Assembly: GCF_006345805.1 (NCBI RefSeq)
Contig: NC_043024.1
Span: 16,244,001 to 16,308,000 of the forward strand
Direction of reading: 5' to 3'
Source of the DNA: Octopus sinensis
Lineage: Eukaryota
DNA length: 64,000 nt
Numbering within the stretch: position 1 is the first letter of the stretch; each line of letters starts with the position of its first letter. The notes under the pieces are model-generated. The model searched no databases. It saw only the letters and a program-made list of their open reading frames with translations, and was not told where the DNA came from. This document shows, one piece after another, positions 23,677 to 36,627 of the stretch. The position numbers were made by a program, and so were the translations under genes.

Positions 23677-23735
23677 TCTATAATAATAAAATCGAAATTC
23701 TGTCTGTCTGTCCATCTGGGACCCCTGTATCTCAG
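23677..23735 (+). mobile_element. Short Helitron-like 5' end
   Basis: A|TCTATAATAATAAAATC followed by TGTCTGTCTGTC. Confidence 0.4.
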
Positions 23736-23747
23736 TCTATGTTTGTT

Positions 23748-24313
23748 CTACATAGACATGTTATACCTTTTTGGAATCAGGATGACCCCAGCATTGAAAA
23801 TCTGCCCTTCCTCTGGTTCTTGAACATCCAGCATTTGGATCTGATTTAAAAGCATTTGAGTTGTTATTTCTAGCAGATAAAGCTTGGTTGATTCATGACA
23901 TCTTTGTCAGATGATGTCAGAGATCAAGGGGGAGATAAATGCTAATTTTACATTGCGATAAAGATTTTGGTACAAATTGACCAACTGTTGGAATTCAACT
24001 TGGGACTGGAACAATAGAATGATTGCATTACAGAATTAATTCTCATCCATCCTTAACCTCTGATCAAACAGCACTGAGGCATATAGTCATTATAGATGTA
24101 TCATAGCCATGCTGTTTAGCTCTCTTTAGTTTTGGGCTGCAGGCCCAGTCAGCCCTACATTCACTCTACATAGACATATTATACTGTTTGGGAATCAGGA
24201 TGATCCCAGGATTGAAAACCTGCCCTTCATTTGGTTCTTGAACATCCAGCATTGGGATCTGATTTAAAAGCGTTTGTGTTGCTATTTCTAGCAGATAAAG
24301 TTGAGCTGATTCA
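23748..24313. repeat. 148 bp diverged direct repeat, offset 418
   Basis: 23748-23895 versus 24166-24313. Confidence 0.85.
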
Positions 24314-24611
24314 CACCGTGCTGCTTTTAAGCTAGTTCAATATAATTTCATATCGATTTATCATCAATGGAGAGGAATCTCTCAATGTGCTAGCCATAAA
24401 AAACTGTTGCCAAAAAAATTCTCTGAAACCAGAATATAATGGAGATGTCTATAGGATGAATTTGGATGGAACAGGGGCATTCCAAGAAATCACCAAAAAA
24501 CGTTATTGAAGCTCCGTATGTTGTTTTACTGGAGATAACAAAGTAGAAAAAGACACGATTGAAGATATTTCCATCAAGTTTTATTCTCTCAATGTGACAG
24601 AAACTGTAGGG

Positions 24612-24830
24612 CAGTGCTTTTCAAACTTTTTGCTGGAGCGGAACCCCAAGGAAACATTCCACTGGCTCGAGGAACCCCTGTGCAATAATTTAATTGTCTT
24701 ATGCACACATATCTGCACAGGAGAATTAAAAATTACTGCCGATTTTAGCAGTTTTGTAACTTCTTGCGGAACCCCTGGACTGTACTGGCGGAACCCTAAG
24801 GTTCCGTGGAACCCTGGTTGAAAACCACTG
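24612..24830. mobile_element. hAT (Charlie-like) MITE
   Basis: TIRs CAGTGCTTTTCAA and TTGAAAACCACTG; perfect 8 bp TSD CTGTAGGG at 24604-24611 and 24831-24838. Confidence 0.92.
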
Positions 24831-24839
24831 CTGTAGGGG

Positions 24840-24883
24840 GAAATGAACTGGAGAGAAATGAACTGGAGAGAAATGAACTGGAG
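24840..24883. repeat. 15 bp tandem repeat x3
   Basis: GAAATGAACTGGAGA. Confidence 0.9.
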
Positions 24884-25339
24884 CAAATTCACTACACAGT
24901 ACTGTTGAAAGGAAACCTTTTCTGAAATATCTCGGATGTAGTTTTTCAAAAAGAGAACCTCCCCTGTGAATGAACTTGAGTGAACATATCTTACAAACAC
25001 CAATGAATGATACAACATCAAAAATAAGCTAAATGCCTCCAATTTAGTATTGTACGCAATTTGAGCCTCAACATCGATGGTTGTCCTGTGTACAGTACTG
25101 TTTATTCGTTTATTCTTTTACTTGTTTCAGTTATTTGACTACAGCCATGCTGGAGCACCAGTTTATTTCTCCAGTCTCTTTCGCAATTTCCCATGTTTAG
25201 GGCAAAGAGGACAAAGTTAAAGTTTTCCCCAGTTGTATTCTTTGGTTTTCTTCTTTAGTATTTCCAACTTTAAAAAGAATTTTGATAACCTTTTGGTGTA
25301 TTGTTTGGAACTCCCTTTTGAATCCAGCTCCATCATGTA

Positions 25340-25905
25340 TTTTGCCTATTTGATCAATATTTTTGAGCAATTGAACATATTGAATCTTCAGATGCAAAGA
25401 AGGAATACAAATATACATTCATTGATTCTTTGAAAGCTTTCATAAACCAACTCGAAAATTGGAAGAGAAAAATCTATATAAAACAAAGTTACAATATTTG
25501 AAAAACTTTGTTGTTAATGGTGAAGACCAAATGCTTCCAAAATTTGAAAAACATGGAATTTTGCAACATTTTACAGTATGAGAAAATTAGCGAAGATATA
25601 TTTGTGAATTCAGTAATAAGGGGTTTCATTCACCACAAAACTGATTTCAGTTGAAAAAGGTTTTGATTATTGTCAAAGTGAATTTCTGGAGTCGAAGAGT
25701 GATTCGAGGACAAAAGATACGAGAAATCAATCAGAATTTGGTCCTTTGATGTGCAATATCTACCTGCCAGAGAGAGAGCTTTATATGTATTGCTTCCATC
25801 TATGTCAACATATCTTTGTGAAGCAGGCTTTTCAACTTTGAAATTACAAATGAAAATGAAGCAATGAGTTAGACTGGCAGTTGAAAATGACCAGAGTTGA
25901 ACCCT
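25340..25905 (+). pseudogene. hAT (Buster/Charlie) transposase fossil with dimerisation domain
   Basis: YFAYLINIFEQLNILNLQMQRRNTNI, KAFINQLENWKRKI and ALYVLLPSMSTYLCEAGFSTL. Confidence 0.8.
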
Positions 25906-26592
25906 TTCAAGTCCTCTTCCATGAATCCAATTACGGAAGACAAAAAACAGAAAAATAATAATTGCAGGTTTCCCATCGACTGCATTCTTCATCAGAATAA
26001 AGAAAATTAAAATGCCTAGCATTCTAATGAACCTTTTGTTTAGTGAAGTATGCTTCAGTTACTTTAGTCTGTTAACTAATTAGTTACAAAGAAGAAACAA
26101 GAAAATAACAAAAATAACAAACAAGAAACTTTTGTTCAACTTTTAAACTCCATCGACATTTTCTATTGTTATTAAAGTTGTGGAATGCCATTACAAAAAT
26201 AATCAAAATAAATAAATAAGAATATAAAAAAAAGGAAATAAATAAATAAATAAAAAAGAACTTCAATATTATGTGGAGTCCTTGAGAAACACTCATTTAT
26301 TATCAGCTGGAAAAAAAAAAACCTGCCCAGAAGACATAGAAAGCTACTTACCTTCTCAATTCAGAAAACGCTTTCAGGTATTCTAACTGTTTACAATACA
26401 ATATGTGGAATGTAGGAAGAACATGGATGGCTCTGATCCAATTTTAAATGGTGGCATCTCATCTGTGCATGGGTGAGCTATAGCTAGGGACATGCTACCT
26501 CTCCACCAAACTATATTTCATTCTTGTAGGCATTTAAAAAATTATATTTCATTTAATTGTGTATATGTGTATGTGTGTGCGTGTGTGTGTAC

Positions 26593-26990
26593 TCTACTCT
26601 CTTTACTCTTTTACTTGTTTCAGTCATTTGACTGTGGCCATGCTGGAGTACCGCCTATACTTGAGCAAATCAACCCCCAGGACTTATTCTTTGTAAGCCT
26701 AGTACTTATTCTATATCAGTCTCTTTTGCTGGTGTAAACACACCAGCATCGGTTGTCAAGCGACATTGGGGGGGGGGGACAAACACAGACACAGAAACAC
26801 ACATAAATATACATACATATATACGACGAGCTTCTTTCAATTTCCGTCTACCAAATCCACTCACAAGGCTTTGGTCGGCCTGAGGCTATAGTAGAAGACA
26901 CTTGCCTAAGGTGCCACACAGTGGGACTGAACCCGGAACCATGTGGTTGGTAAGCAAGCTACTTACCACACATTCACTCCTACACCTATG
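26593..26990 (-). mobile_element. SINE family A
   Basis: Reverse complement match. Confidence 0.9.
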
Positions 26991-27547
26991 TTTATTTTTT
27001 CCTCTTTTTAATGTAGAGTTAATTCTGATTGGCCACCTTTTTGTTTTATTCATCATTCTTTAAATCTTCAGAAAGCTTTGTAGATCTTCATTGTTCTAGG
27101 TATTGGAATCATTTGTAGTGTATGAATTAAGGAGTTTCATTCCTTCCCTACTTCTAGCCATATGACAAAAGGATATGCACCGACCTAGCAGGTGGATACA
27201 TACTCTGTTGCTCTTGAGTACAGTATTTGTAAACTCCTTACCAATGGTCCATAGATGTTCTCTTACTCTTGTATTTTTTTTACCTCATTGGTGTCCAGAG
27301 AACAGCTGATTCACACAGCAGAGCCAAAGCATATCTTTTTACATAATAACATTCATACACATATACATACATAGCAAAGCTCAAGTGGGTAAAAAGACCC
27401 CACACAATAATATTTAGCTGGCTGTGTTTTAATTGCGAAGCTCCACCAATATTCTTTTGATCCATCAGTACCAATCTAGTCATCTTTACCTGCTGATATT
27501 TTCTTTTTTCCTATTCTAGTCCAGATTATTCTGGCCACAGCATCATG

Positions 27548-27736
27548 CATAGGAGTAGGTGTATGGTAAGTAGCTTGCTTACCAACTACATGGTTCCGGG
27601 TTCAGTCCCACTGTGTGACACCTTGGGCAAGTGTCTTCTACTATAGCCTTGGGCTGACCAAAGCTTTGTGAGGGGATTTGGTAGACGGAATCTGAAAGAA
27701 GCCCACCCTATATATGTGTATATATATATATGTATG

Positions 27737-27792
<56 letters not shown>

Positions 27793-27868
27793 AGCCCAAG
27801 GTGCCACGTAATGGGACTGAACCCAGAACCATGTAGTTGGTAAGCAAGTTACTTACCACACAGCCACA
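27548..27868. mobile_element. SINE family A 5' half (+, 27548-27790) facing an inverted head (-, 27793-27868)
   Basis: Both match the family head; joined at a (TG)n tract. Confidence 0.8.
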
Positions 27869-27944
27869 TACATACATACATAGTGGCGAAAGCAGTTAAC
27901 CGCTGTGTGTTCTTAATACTTACCCCATGCTATGTTATTTAATC

Positions 27945-28500
27945 TCAATGATAAAAGTTGAAATGTTTTAACCAATGCACAGCAATACAATCTTGACCAG
28001 GGGATATTCCATTTGATATTCTTATCAGGACTGTATCTAGTACCAAAGTGTTGATTTTATAATTTTTGGTCAGCATGCTATTTTGATTTGTCTCCCCATT
28101 GAGCTTTTTCATTGAATTTATCATTCCTTCCCAAATTGATCTCCAGTAGCTTTCCATTTATTTTATTGATGAGATATTTTTTACTGATTGTGTGTTGTTT
28201 TTGCTGAAGCTACAACAGACTGGTTTGGGATTTCTAGCAATCAATCTGTTCAGAGTTTTCCGTTTATACAGGTTTATACTTTAATTTCTCAGCTGCAGTT
28301 CTTGTTTCAGCTGATGAAATTTGGAATCTAAGGATTTTGTTTTTGATTCCCCAAAACTACTTTCCTAGTTTATCTTTTGGCCATTTCTGGCGTTTTGTAA
28401 ATTTATTGATAGTGTTATAATCATGATAACCTGTGAGATAGTTCTTCAAAGAAACAGGATTTTATTTTTCAACTTGGGAACATTCAGAGCAATGTTCTAG
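27945..28500 (-). pseudogene. R4/Dong-like LINE fossil (pre-RT region and RT start)
   Basis: SYWRSIWE...NGISPGQDCIAVHWLKHFNFYH resembles FWxxIWE...NWKSPGxDxIxxxWLK. Confidence 0.55.
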
Positions 28501-28615
28501 ATATTTGCCTCTGTCTTAATTGTGCAGATCTATAAGTGGGTTCTGATTCAATAGACTTTGATAGCTTCCTGCCTATGTATATATATATATAGGCCCATCA
28601 GGGATTACTGCAGAG

Positions 28616-30237
28616 ATGCTCAAAATATCTGGCAGTGTCGGCTATAACCTAGTCACCCGTATAGTCAACCAGGTGATACACGGAGTCATACCCAATGACT
28701 GGTGCAGCAGCATACTAGTCAACTGCTACAAAGGTAAAGGTGATGCCCTAGATACAAATAATTACAGAGGTATCAAGCTGTTGGATCAAGTAATGAAGGT
28801 TACGGAGAGGGTCATAGCCCAACTAATTAGAGAGAGAGTTAGTTTAGATGAGATGCAGTTTGGGTTCGTGCCAGGGAAAAGCACCACTGATGCTATATTC
28901 CTGGTAAGGCAGCTGCAGGAGAAATACCTAGCCAAAGATAAGCCCCTGTACCTGGCTTTCGTTGACATGGAGAAAGCTTTTGATAGGGTCCCCCGATCCC
29001 TTATCTGGTGGTCAATGAGGAAACTAGGGATAGATGAATGGCTGGTGAGGACTGTGCAAGCCATGTACAGAGATGCCGTAAGTAAGGTTAGGGTTGGCAA
29101 CATGTACACAGAAGAATTCAAAGTAGAGGTTGGGGTCCACCAGGGTTCAGTACTCAGCCCCCTCCTATTTATCATAGTACTCCAGGCAATTACGGAGGAA
29201 TTCAAGACAGGCTGTCCCTGGGAGCTCCTCTACGCTGACGACCTTGCTCTTATTGCTGAGTCACTATCAGAACTGGAGGAGAAGTTCCAGGTGTGGAAGG
29301 AGGGTTTAGAATCAAGGGGCCTTAGAGTCAACCTAGCTAAAACCAAAGTACTAATAAGTAGAAAGGTAGACAATCCACAAATATCTTCAGGAAGATGGCC
29401 CTGCTCGATCTGTAGAAAAGGTGTAGGTAGAAACTCTATAAGATGTACCCAGTGTAAGCTATGGACACATAAGAGGTGCAGCAATGTCAAAGGTAGGCTA
29501 ACTGGGAAGATAGTTTTTGTATGTGGCAGATGCTCGGGAGCATTAACCTCCGAAAATCTGCAGAAAACAACTTCCGTCACTTTCCAGGGGGAAAAATAGA
29601 AGTAGTTGATAGCTTCCGTTATCTAGGTGACCAAGTCAGTAGTGGGGGTGGGTGCGCTGAAAGTGTAACTGCTAGAATAAGAATAGCCTGGGCAAAGTTT
29701 AGGGAGCTCTTACCTCTGCTGGTGACTAAAGGCCTCTCGCTCAGAGTAAAAGGCAGACTGTATGATGCGTGTGTACGAACAGCCATGCTACATGGCAGCG
29801 AAACATGGGCCGTGACTGCTGAGGACATGCGTAAGCTCGTGAGGAATGAAGCCAGTATGCTCCGATGGATGTGTAATGTCAGTGTACATACTCGCCAGAG
29901 CGTTAGCACCTTGAGAGAAATGTTGTACCTAAGAAGCATCAGTTGTGGTGTGCAAGAGAGACGATTGCGCTGGTATGGTCATGTGGCGAGAATGGATGAA
30001 GATAGGTGTGTGAGAAAGTGCCAATCCCTAGCAGTTGAGGGAACCCGTGGGAGAGGTAGACCCAGGAAAACCTGGGACGAGGTGGTGAAGCACGACCTTC
30101 GAACTTTAGGCCTCACTGAGGAAATGACCAGAGACCGAGACCTTGGAAATATTCTGTACGTGAGAAGACCAGGCAGGACAAGTGAGCCCAGCCCACTTAT
30201 GAATGCCTTTCCTCCCTTGGACACAAAGACCGGCTGA
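28616..30237 (+). pseudogene. RTE reverse transcriptase ORF, one frameshift near 29595
   Basis: YRGIKLL, FVDMEKAFDRVP, GVHQGSVLSPLLF, LLYADD (YADD at 29231-29242), RYLGDQV, RLRWYGHVARM, GRGRPRKTW. Confidence 0.95.
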
Positions 30238-30270
30238 GGCAAGCGAAGTCGATATAGAACCTCATCCGAT

Positions 30271-30722
30271 GACAGACACCCATGCCAACCCCCCATGCTT
30301 GCGAAGACATGTTGGGGCAAGCGAAATCGAAATCGAAACCGAATTGAACCAGCCAGGATCCCTGGCCTGGTGGTACGTAAAAAGCACTATCCGACTCATG
30401 GCCGTGGCACGTAAAATACTCCAATGCGACCGTACGACAGGCACCCATGCCAACCTCCTTTGCTTGTGAAGACATGTTGGGGCAAGCGAAATCGAAATCG
30501 AATTGAACCAGCCAGGATCCCTGGTCTGGTGGTACGTAAAAAGCACTATCCGACTCGTGGCCGTGGCACGTAAAATACTCCAATGCGACCGTATGACAGG
30601 CACCCTTGCCAACCCCCTTTGCTTGTGAAGACATGTTGGGGCAAGCGAAATCGAAATCGAATTGAACCAGCCAGGATCCCTGGTCTGGTGGTACGTAAAA
30701 AGCACTATCCAACTCGTGGCCG
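30271..30722 (+). repeat. About 160 bp unit triplicated in the RTE 3' UTR
   Basis: Units start at 30271, 30436 and 30595. Confidence 0.9.
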
Positions 30723-31101
30723 ATGCCAGCACCGTCCGTCTGGCTTCCGTGCCGGTGGCACATAAAATACACCAATCTGACCGTGGCCGTTGCCAGCCCC
30801 GCCTGGCACCTGTGCAGGTGGCACGTAAAAAGCACCCACTACACTCACGGAGTGGTTGGCGTTAGGAAGGGCATCCAGCTGTAGAAACATTGCCAAATTA
30901 GACTGGAGCCTGGTGCAGCCTTCTGGCTTCCCAGAACCCCGGTCGAACCGTCCAACCCATGCTAGCATGGAGAACGGACGTTAAACGACGATGATGATAT
31001 AAACAATTGCAGCATGGAAGGTGTTTGTAAGCCATTTAAGAAACACACAAAAGCTGTTCGACATTTAAGTTTCAACATTAAGCTTCAACATTTAAGTTTA
31101 A

Positions 31102-31151
31102 TTTGTCAAAATATTTTCGTCGCTAAAATCCGCGACCTGTTCACTGACAAA
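31102..31151 (-). ncRNA. Minimal hammerhead fold with reciprocal G3-C8 core swap (H4)
   Basis: UUUGUCA-GUGAACA-G-GUCGC(8 nt)GCGAC-GAA-AAUAUU-U-UGACAAA. Confidence 0.65.
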
Positions 31152-31638
31152 AATCTGTGCTATCATTGCTATTATGCATAGTGTCATAAGCCCAAACGTT
31201 GCTTTTCAGAATATGAAAAAATAGTTTCACCATTCCATAGCAAAACCATTGTATTATATTTTGACAATTTTTGATATCTTGGTATCTGAAGTAGCTGGAG
31301 ATACAACAGTTTGACCAAAAGAACCAGCTATTGCAAGCAAAAATAGATATTGGAAAAACACATTTGACCAAATTTAGACATACGACAGTTTAACATAATA
31401 GCAATGATATATATATATATATCAGTTCAGTAAAACTTTGATTCTGTTGAATATGGTACTAGAATTTAGAAAACTATATAAATGAATCCTTTGAATTTAA
31501 CTAAATCTTATATTTTTATGCAGCTGAAGATTGCCCTACATTTTAAAACTGATGTAATATTTACATTGTTCAATTAAATGGAGTTGCATGAAATGATCGT
31601 GCTGCATTACCTCTGGATATCCTTGTTGCTTATTTTGA

Positions 31639-31695
<57 letters not shown>

Positions 31696-33654
31696 TCAAA
31701 TATATATATACACATATATCATATATATGTGTGTATATGTATGTCTATGTGTGTGTATGTGTATTTGTTTGTATGACTGCATGTATGTTTGTGTGTACAA
31801 ATGTGCATGTATGTATGTGTGTGTGTGTGCATGCATGCATGTAAGTAGTGCACTTAAGTTGCTGGCCATTACAAACGCAGTAATAATGAAATTCGAGATA
31901 GTTGCAGATCCGTCCTTCTTCATAAATCAAATTTCGATAGAACCATCGTGTCCACCGGGTTCCTTTTCTTCCATTTTACCTTTATGTTCCTTTTGTTGCT
32001 CAGTTGCACTGCTTAATTCAGAAATAGTTTTCTTGTTTTCCAAAGAAAATATCAGAATCTGCACAGATGGACAATCTTTCTTCAAACTGATCAGAAGACT
32101 CCTATCAACAACCTCTCATACACATGGTTTTCATTGCCATTTACAATATCAACCTGAATCTAGTTCATACTTCATATTACATATTTGAGTATTTTAATGA
32201 CTTTACTGCAGAGCAGATTCCAACTTTTATATATGCGTTAGAAATATGCCAAGAATAATTACTCAGGGTAGGCAGTTGGTGACGTTTATGTAGTAAAACA
32301 CAAAAAAGTAAGCGAAACACAGGTGTGCGACTGAGTTGTAGGCTGATTTACTTCTGCCTTTATAGTGTGTAAAGAAAACGTTGTTGTAGGAATGTACGCA
32401 GCATGTGTACTACAGCAGTTCTATGCATAGTTTTTATACTGAGATTGAAAGGCAAGGGTGAATTGCGCCTACCTAATCTATAAGAAATAAAATATTTTGC
32501 ATTTTATGCATAGTAACAAGAGTAACCTTCATAATTTTATTGAATTAGATGCATATTTTGCCATAAAAGGAAAATGTTACTATCGATCTATTTCATTCAG
32601 GGTAGGCACTACCTACCTTGCCTACCCAGGCGGCATGTCCCTGATATGCATCGAACATTGCACAACTCCTATAATTTTCCTGTTGGCTTTCGTAACACTG
32701 ATTATTTCTGTTAGTGGGGCATGTCTGCTTGTGTTCACTTAATTCATTTGCAAGATGGTTGGCATTCTGTCTGTCTGTCTGTCTATCTCTATGTATGGTG
32801 CAAGTCAACTCAGGACTAAGACCACTTTTTAAACTCATTGAATCTGAGTATACATTCCAAGAGTCAAAGAAGTTTCTGAGCATGAATTTGTTAGCCCTGA
32901 ACCCACTTTTCAGGGCAATCAGCTATGAAGCCAGGGGAACAACAGAGGCTGAGATGACCGGAAACTAGCTGCACTTCATGTAGTTTTCTAATATGAGTTT
33001 ACCTTCTCTGAAAGGAAGTTCTAATGAGAACTACAAGTTACATGCTCACACACACACACACACACGTGCATGCACACACACACACGTGCATGCACACACA
33101 CACACGTGCATGCACACACACACACACACACACACAACACACACATACAACAGTGGAGGAATAAAGGGAAATGTTAGGACTGGAAACAAGATGGAAGTGA
33201 CATCGTATCAAGAAGCAGGGCATTTGAACAGCATCTTTCATAATCAAGTCTCTGAGGTGAATGGATGTGTGGAGCAGATGTCAGAGGGATAGGAGTTTCT
33301 GGTCAAAGGCTGGAATAGTCTACACATGTTGCTATGTCCAACAAGTTCTTCCAGTCTTGGTGGAACAGTTACATCCAACAAGTTTTTCTGAATCTTTATA
33401 TCCTGCTGTGAAGTTCATCTCGAAGTAAGAGCATTCTTACTTTTGCTGTCCCATTTACAACTTATTTTGGGGTACTGTTTATCTGTCATAGGGATATTTT
33501 TTCTTCTTCCTTTCTACAGCTGATGTTCAATATGGCTACATGGATAAGGATCAGAAAGACATTTTGAGACGGTTTTCTGATGAATGTGATGTGATGGCCT
33601 GGACCAAAAAAGTGAAGCTCATTGCAAAACTGCTGGGAATACAAAACATAGCTA

Positions 33655-34567
33655 CGAGAGGGTACCCAAAACAAAATGGAGTTTTGCAATATCATTTTAT
33701 CCATTTAGTTTTATATGTTTACACTTTTATCACCTCCAAAGTATTCTCCATTTGAAGCAATTCATCAATTCAGACATGATTTCCACTGTTCAAAGCAGTG
33801 CTGGAACTCTTGCGAAGTGATACCTTTATACCTTTTAATTCCTCTGTCGTTGTTTTCTTCTCTTCTTCCACATCTGAAAATTCCATAGCTCCAGCTTTTA
33901 TCACCAGTGATGACCTCCAAAAAAAGGTCTGGACCAACTCCCAACTCTCCTTTCAATTCATGACACCCTTTCATTCATGACTGCTTTTGATCTTCTGTGA
34001 GCAAGCGAGGCACGAAATTTGCTGCAACTCTTTTCATTAGCAATCCCTTGCTCAAAATTCGATGGCAGGAGCTCCAGGACACACTAGTCATATCAACAAC
34101 TTCATTAAATGTTCGGTGGTGCTCCTCCAAGATCAGTTCATAAATTTTTGTGATGCTTTCATTTGTTCAGGAGGTCAATGGTTGCCCTGAATGAGGTTGG
34201 CCTTCAAACAATCAGTGATCATTCCTAAAACATGGAAACTACTCATAAAGGTGTGTTTTGCTCATGACAGCATCCTTGTAAGCAGTATGAAGCATGACGA
34301 CTGCTTTGGCTGTTGTTTGTCCCAGCAGGAAACAGAATTTCACAAAGCACACTGTTTCTTCATTTCACTCATTGCAAAATTCGATGAACAGCAGGGAAGC
34401 ACTCCAAAACAAAGATGCATCATGTGGCAGTATGACCTGACCTAATGCTTCCGGTCTGCAGACTGATGCCTGAGGGTCACATAAAGTGGCTTCTAGCAGC
34501 AGAAGCCTGATCTACAATGGGCTTGTCCCACAGAGAACGTTTCTGGTTACTTTTGGGTACCTCCTCA
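33655..34567 (-). mobile_element. Internally deleted mariner element
   Basis: TIRs CGAGAGGGTACCCAAAA and TGAGGAGGTACCCAAAA, TA on both sides; VITGDKSWSY, KGITSQEFQHCFEQWK and ASNGEYFGGDK motifs. Confidence 0.88.
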
Positions 34568-35571
34568 TAGTCTTATGCCACTTTACTCAGAAAGAAGAGC
34601 GGGATGAGGCAGACCAGTTTAAAGTTGAGAAAACTGAAAAGTGAGAGGAAGGATGTGTGCATGGAAGGAGCATTTAAGGCCTACAGCAAAGTTGGGGGAA
34701 TGAGATGGATGGGTGAATAAACTGGCAAACTATATGAGTAAGATCAGGAGATCAACTGGGTAATTCGGGTTTACCAGTGGAACAATGGAGCCAGTGTGAA
34801 GCTGGCTTTTGTGACTGGTTACCCTGATCATATCTTATTGAAGTTGCGGCAGCTGCTGGACACCAATATGATGTCAGTGGGTGACAAAAGAAAGAAAAAA
34901 ATATGATATAAACTACACTATGAAACAAAATGAACAAAGAGGGGATTTTTGAAGCTGGAAAAGTGATTCTGGAATGGTGTTTCAAAGAAAAAAAGAAAAC
35001 CAACGGAAACCCAAAAATATTATGTACTTAAAAATTATGTTATGAAAATGAAGGGATAAATATTTAGGATTCTTTAAAGATTGGAAATTCAACAATTGAT
35101 AAGATATTCGAAGAGATGCTGGATTGTCATTGCAGAAGGTAAAATAAACCCCCAAAATATCATGTACCTCCAAGTGTGATGAAAATTACCTTGAGGAACA
35201 AAGGAAATATCAAGGATTTACAAACTATTCAACCAAATAAAACCAAAAAAATATATATATATATAACAATAATAGATCAGACTAAATTCTTCAACTGGAC
35301 AACTTCAGGAATATCAACCCCAATAGGAGCAAATTACTGCTGTATATTACGTAACAATACATGATTGAAAATAATCTATCTCTGGCCTGTTTATTGTTAA
35401 GATTTGCCGATAAATATCTTGTGTGTACAATCGCCATTTTAGGGGTTTAGCGGGAATACTCTCAATATATTAAACAAACATTTAGATTCACTCTTTTAAT
35501 TTATTTCTCTTGAAGTATTCATGAAAAAGAAGGAAAAGTTAAAATACAATAAAACAAATTTATTCTTGTAA

Positions 35572-35791
35572 CCCTTTCGTTACCGACCCAGCTGAAACCG
35601 GCTCTGGTTCTGTAGTACAAATGTCTTGTTTTCATAAGTTTTGAATTAAAATCTTCCACCAAACCTTAGTCACAATTATGTTCCTAACATTAACTTAACA
35701 ATAACTAAGTTATTTTACTAAATTCTTTGTTATATTTAAAGTGATTGAAAGAAACACAGAACATCTCAACAGAAATACGGTAACAAAAGGG
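35572..35791 (+). mobile_element. piggyBac-type MITE family 1
   Basis: GTAA CCCTTT...AAAAGGG TTAA. Confidence 0.85.
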
Positions 35792-35824
35792 TTAAAATAT
35801 ATATAATAGAGAAGCAATTCTTAA

Positions 35825-36044
35825 CCCTTTTGTTACCAACCCGGCTGAAACTGGCTCCGGCTCTGAGTACAAATGTCTTGTTTTCATAAGTTTTGAATTA
35901 AAATCTTCCACCAAACTTTAGCCACAATTTATGTTCCTAACACTAGCTTAATAATAACTAAGTTATGTTACTAAATTCTTTGTTTTATTTAGAGTAATCG
36001 AAAGAAACACAAAGCATCTCAAAACAAATACGGTAATGAAAGGG
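35825..36044 (+). mobile_element. piggyBac-type MITE family 1
   Basis: TTAA CCCTTTT...AAAGGG TTAA. Confidence 0.85.
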
Positions 36045-36627
36045 TTAAATCATTATCAATGCAAAGAAAGACTTTTGTGTTCATTGGCTCTGATATTGGT
36101 TTCAAATTTTGGCACAAGGCCAGCAAGTTCGAAAGTTATATCAATCTCAAAAGACAAATTCGACCCCAGCAGAATTTGAACTCAGAACACGAAGATGGAT
36201 GTCTGTTGCTAAGTGTTTTGCCTGATGTGTTAATGACTCTGCCAGCTCATCACCCTGCATTGGATCTGATATCAAAAACAGTTCCATCAGCATTAAAGAT
36301 CTATTTATCATCTTACATTTCTTCTTCAATAAGACTTTGAAATTCTATTTTAAATCTCTCTGAAGTTTCTTAATCAGCATTAGTGAACTCATTTTGCATT
36401 CTTACAATCCAGACTAGTTTTTGAAATGTTTGAATCACCCTGAGACATCTTTGGTTCATCTTCTCCTTTCAAGACGAAGAACAGTCTCAACATTTTGGTA
36501 ATGCTGGCATTCAATGGAGTTTGCAATTTATATGATTAATAAATGTTCCATTTCAATCATCTTCTCACCCTGATTACTGTCCAAGATGAAATCATCTGTC
36601 TTTTTTCTAATAATTCTTTTCTTTTTC

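Larger units (their letters stand above)
28592..30998 (+). mobile_element. 5'-truncated RTE-clade LINE, 2.4 kb
   Basis: RT ORF, 3' UTR with tandem units, CATGCTAGCATG, (GAT)n tail. Confidence 0.95.
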
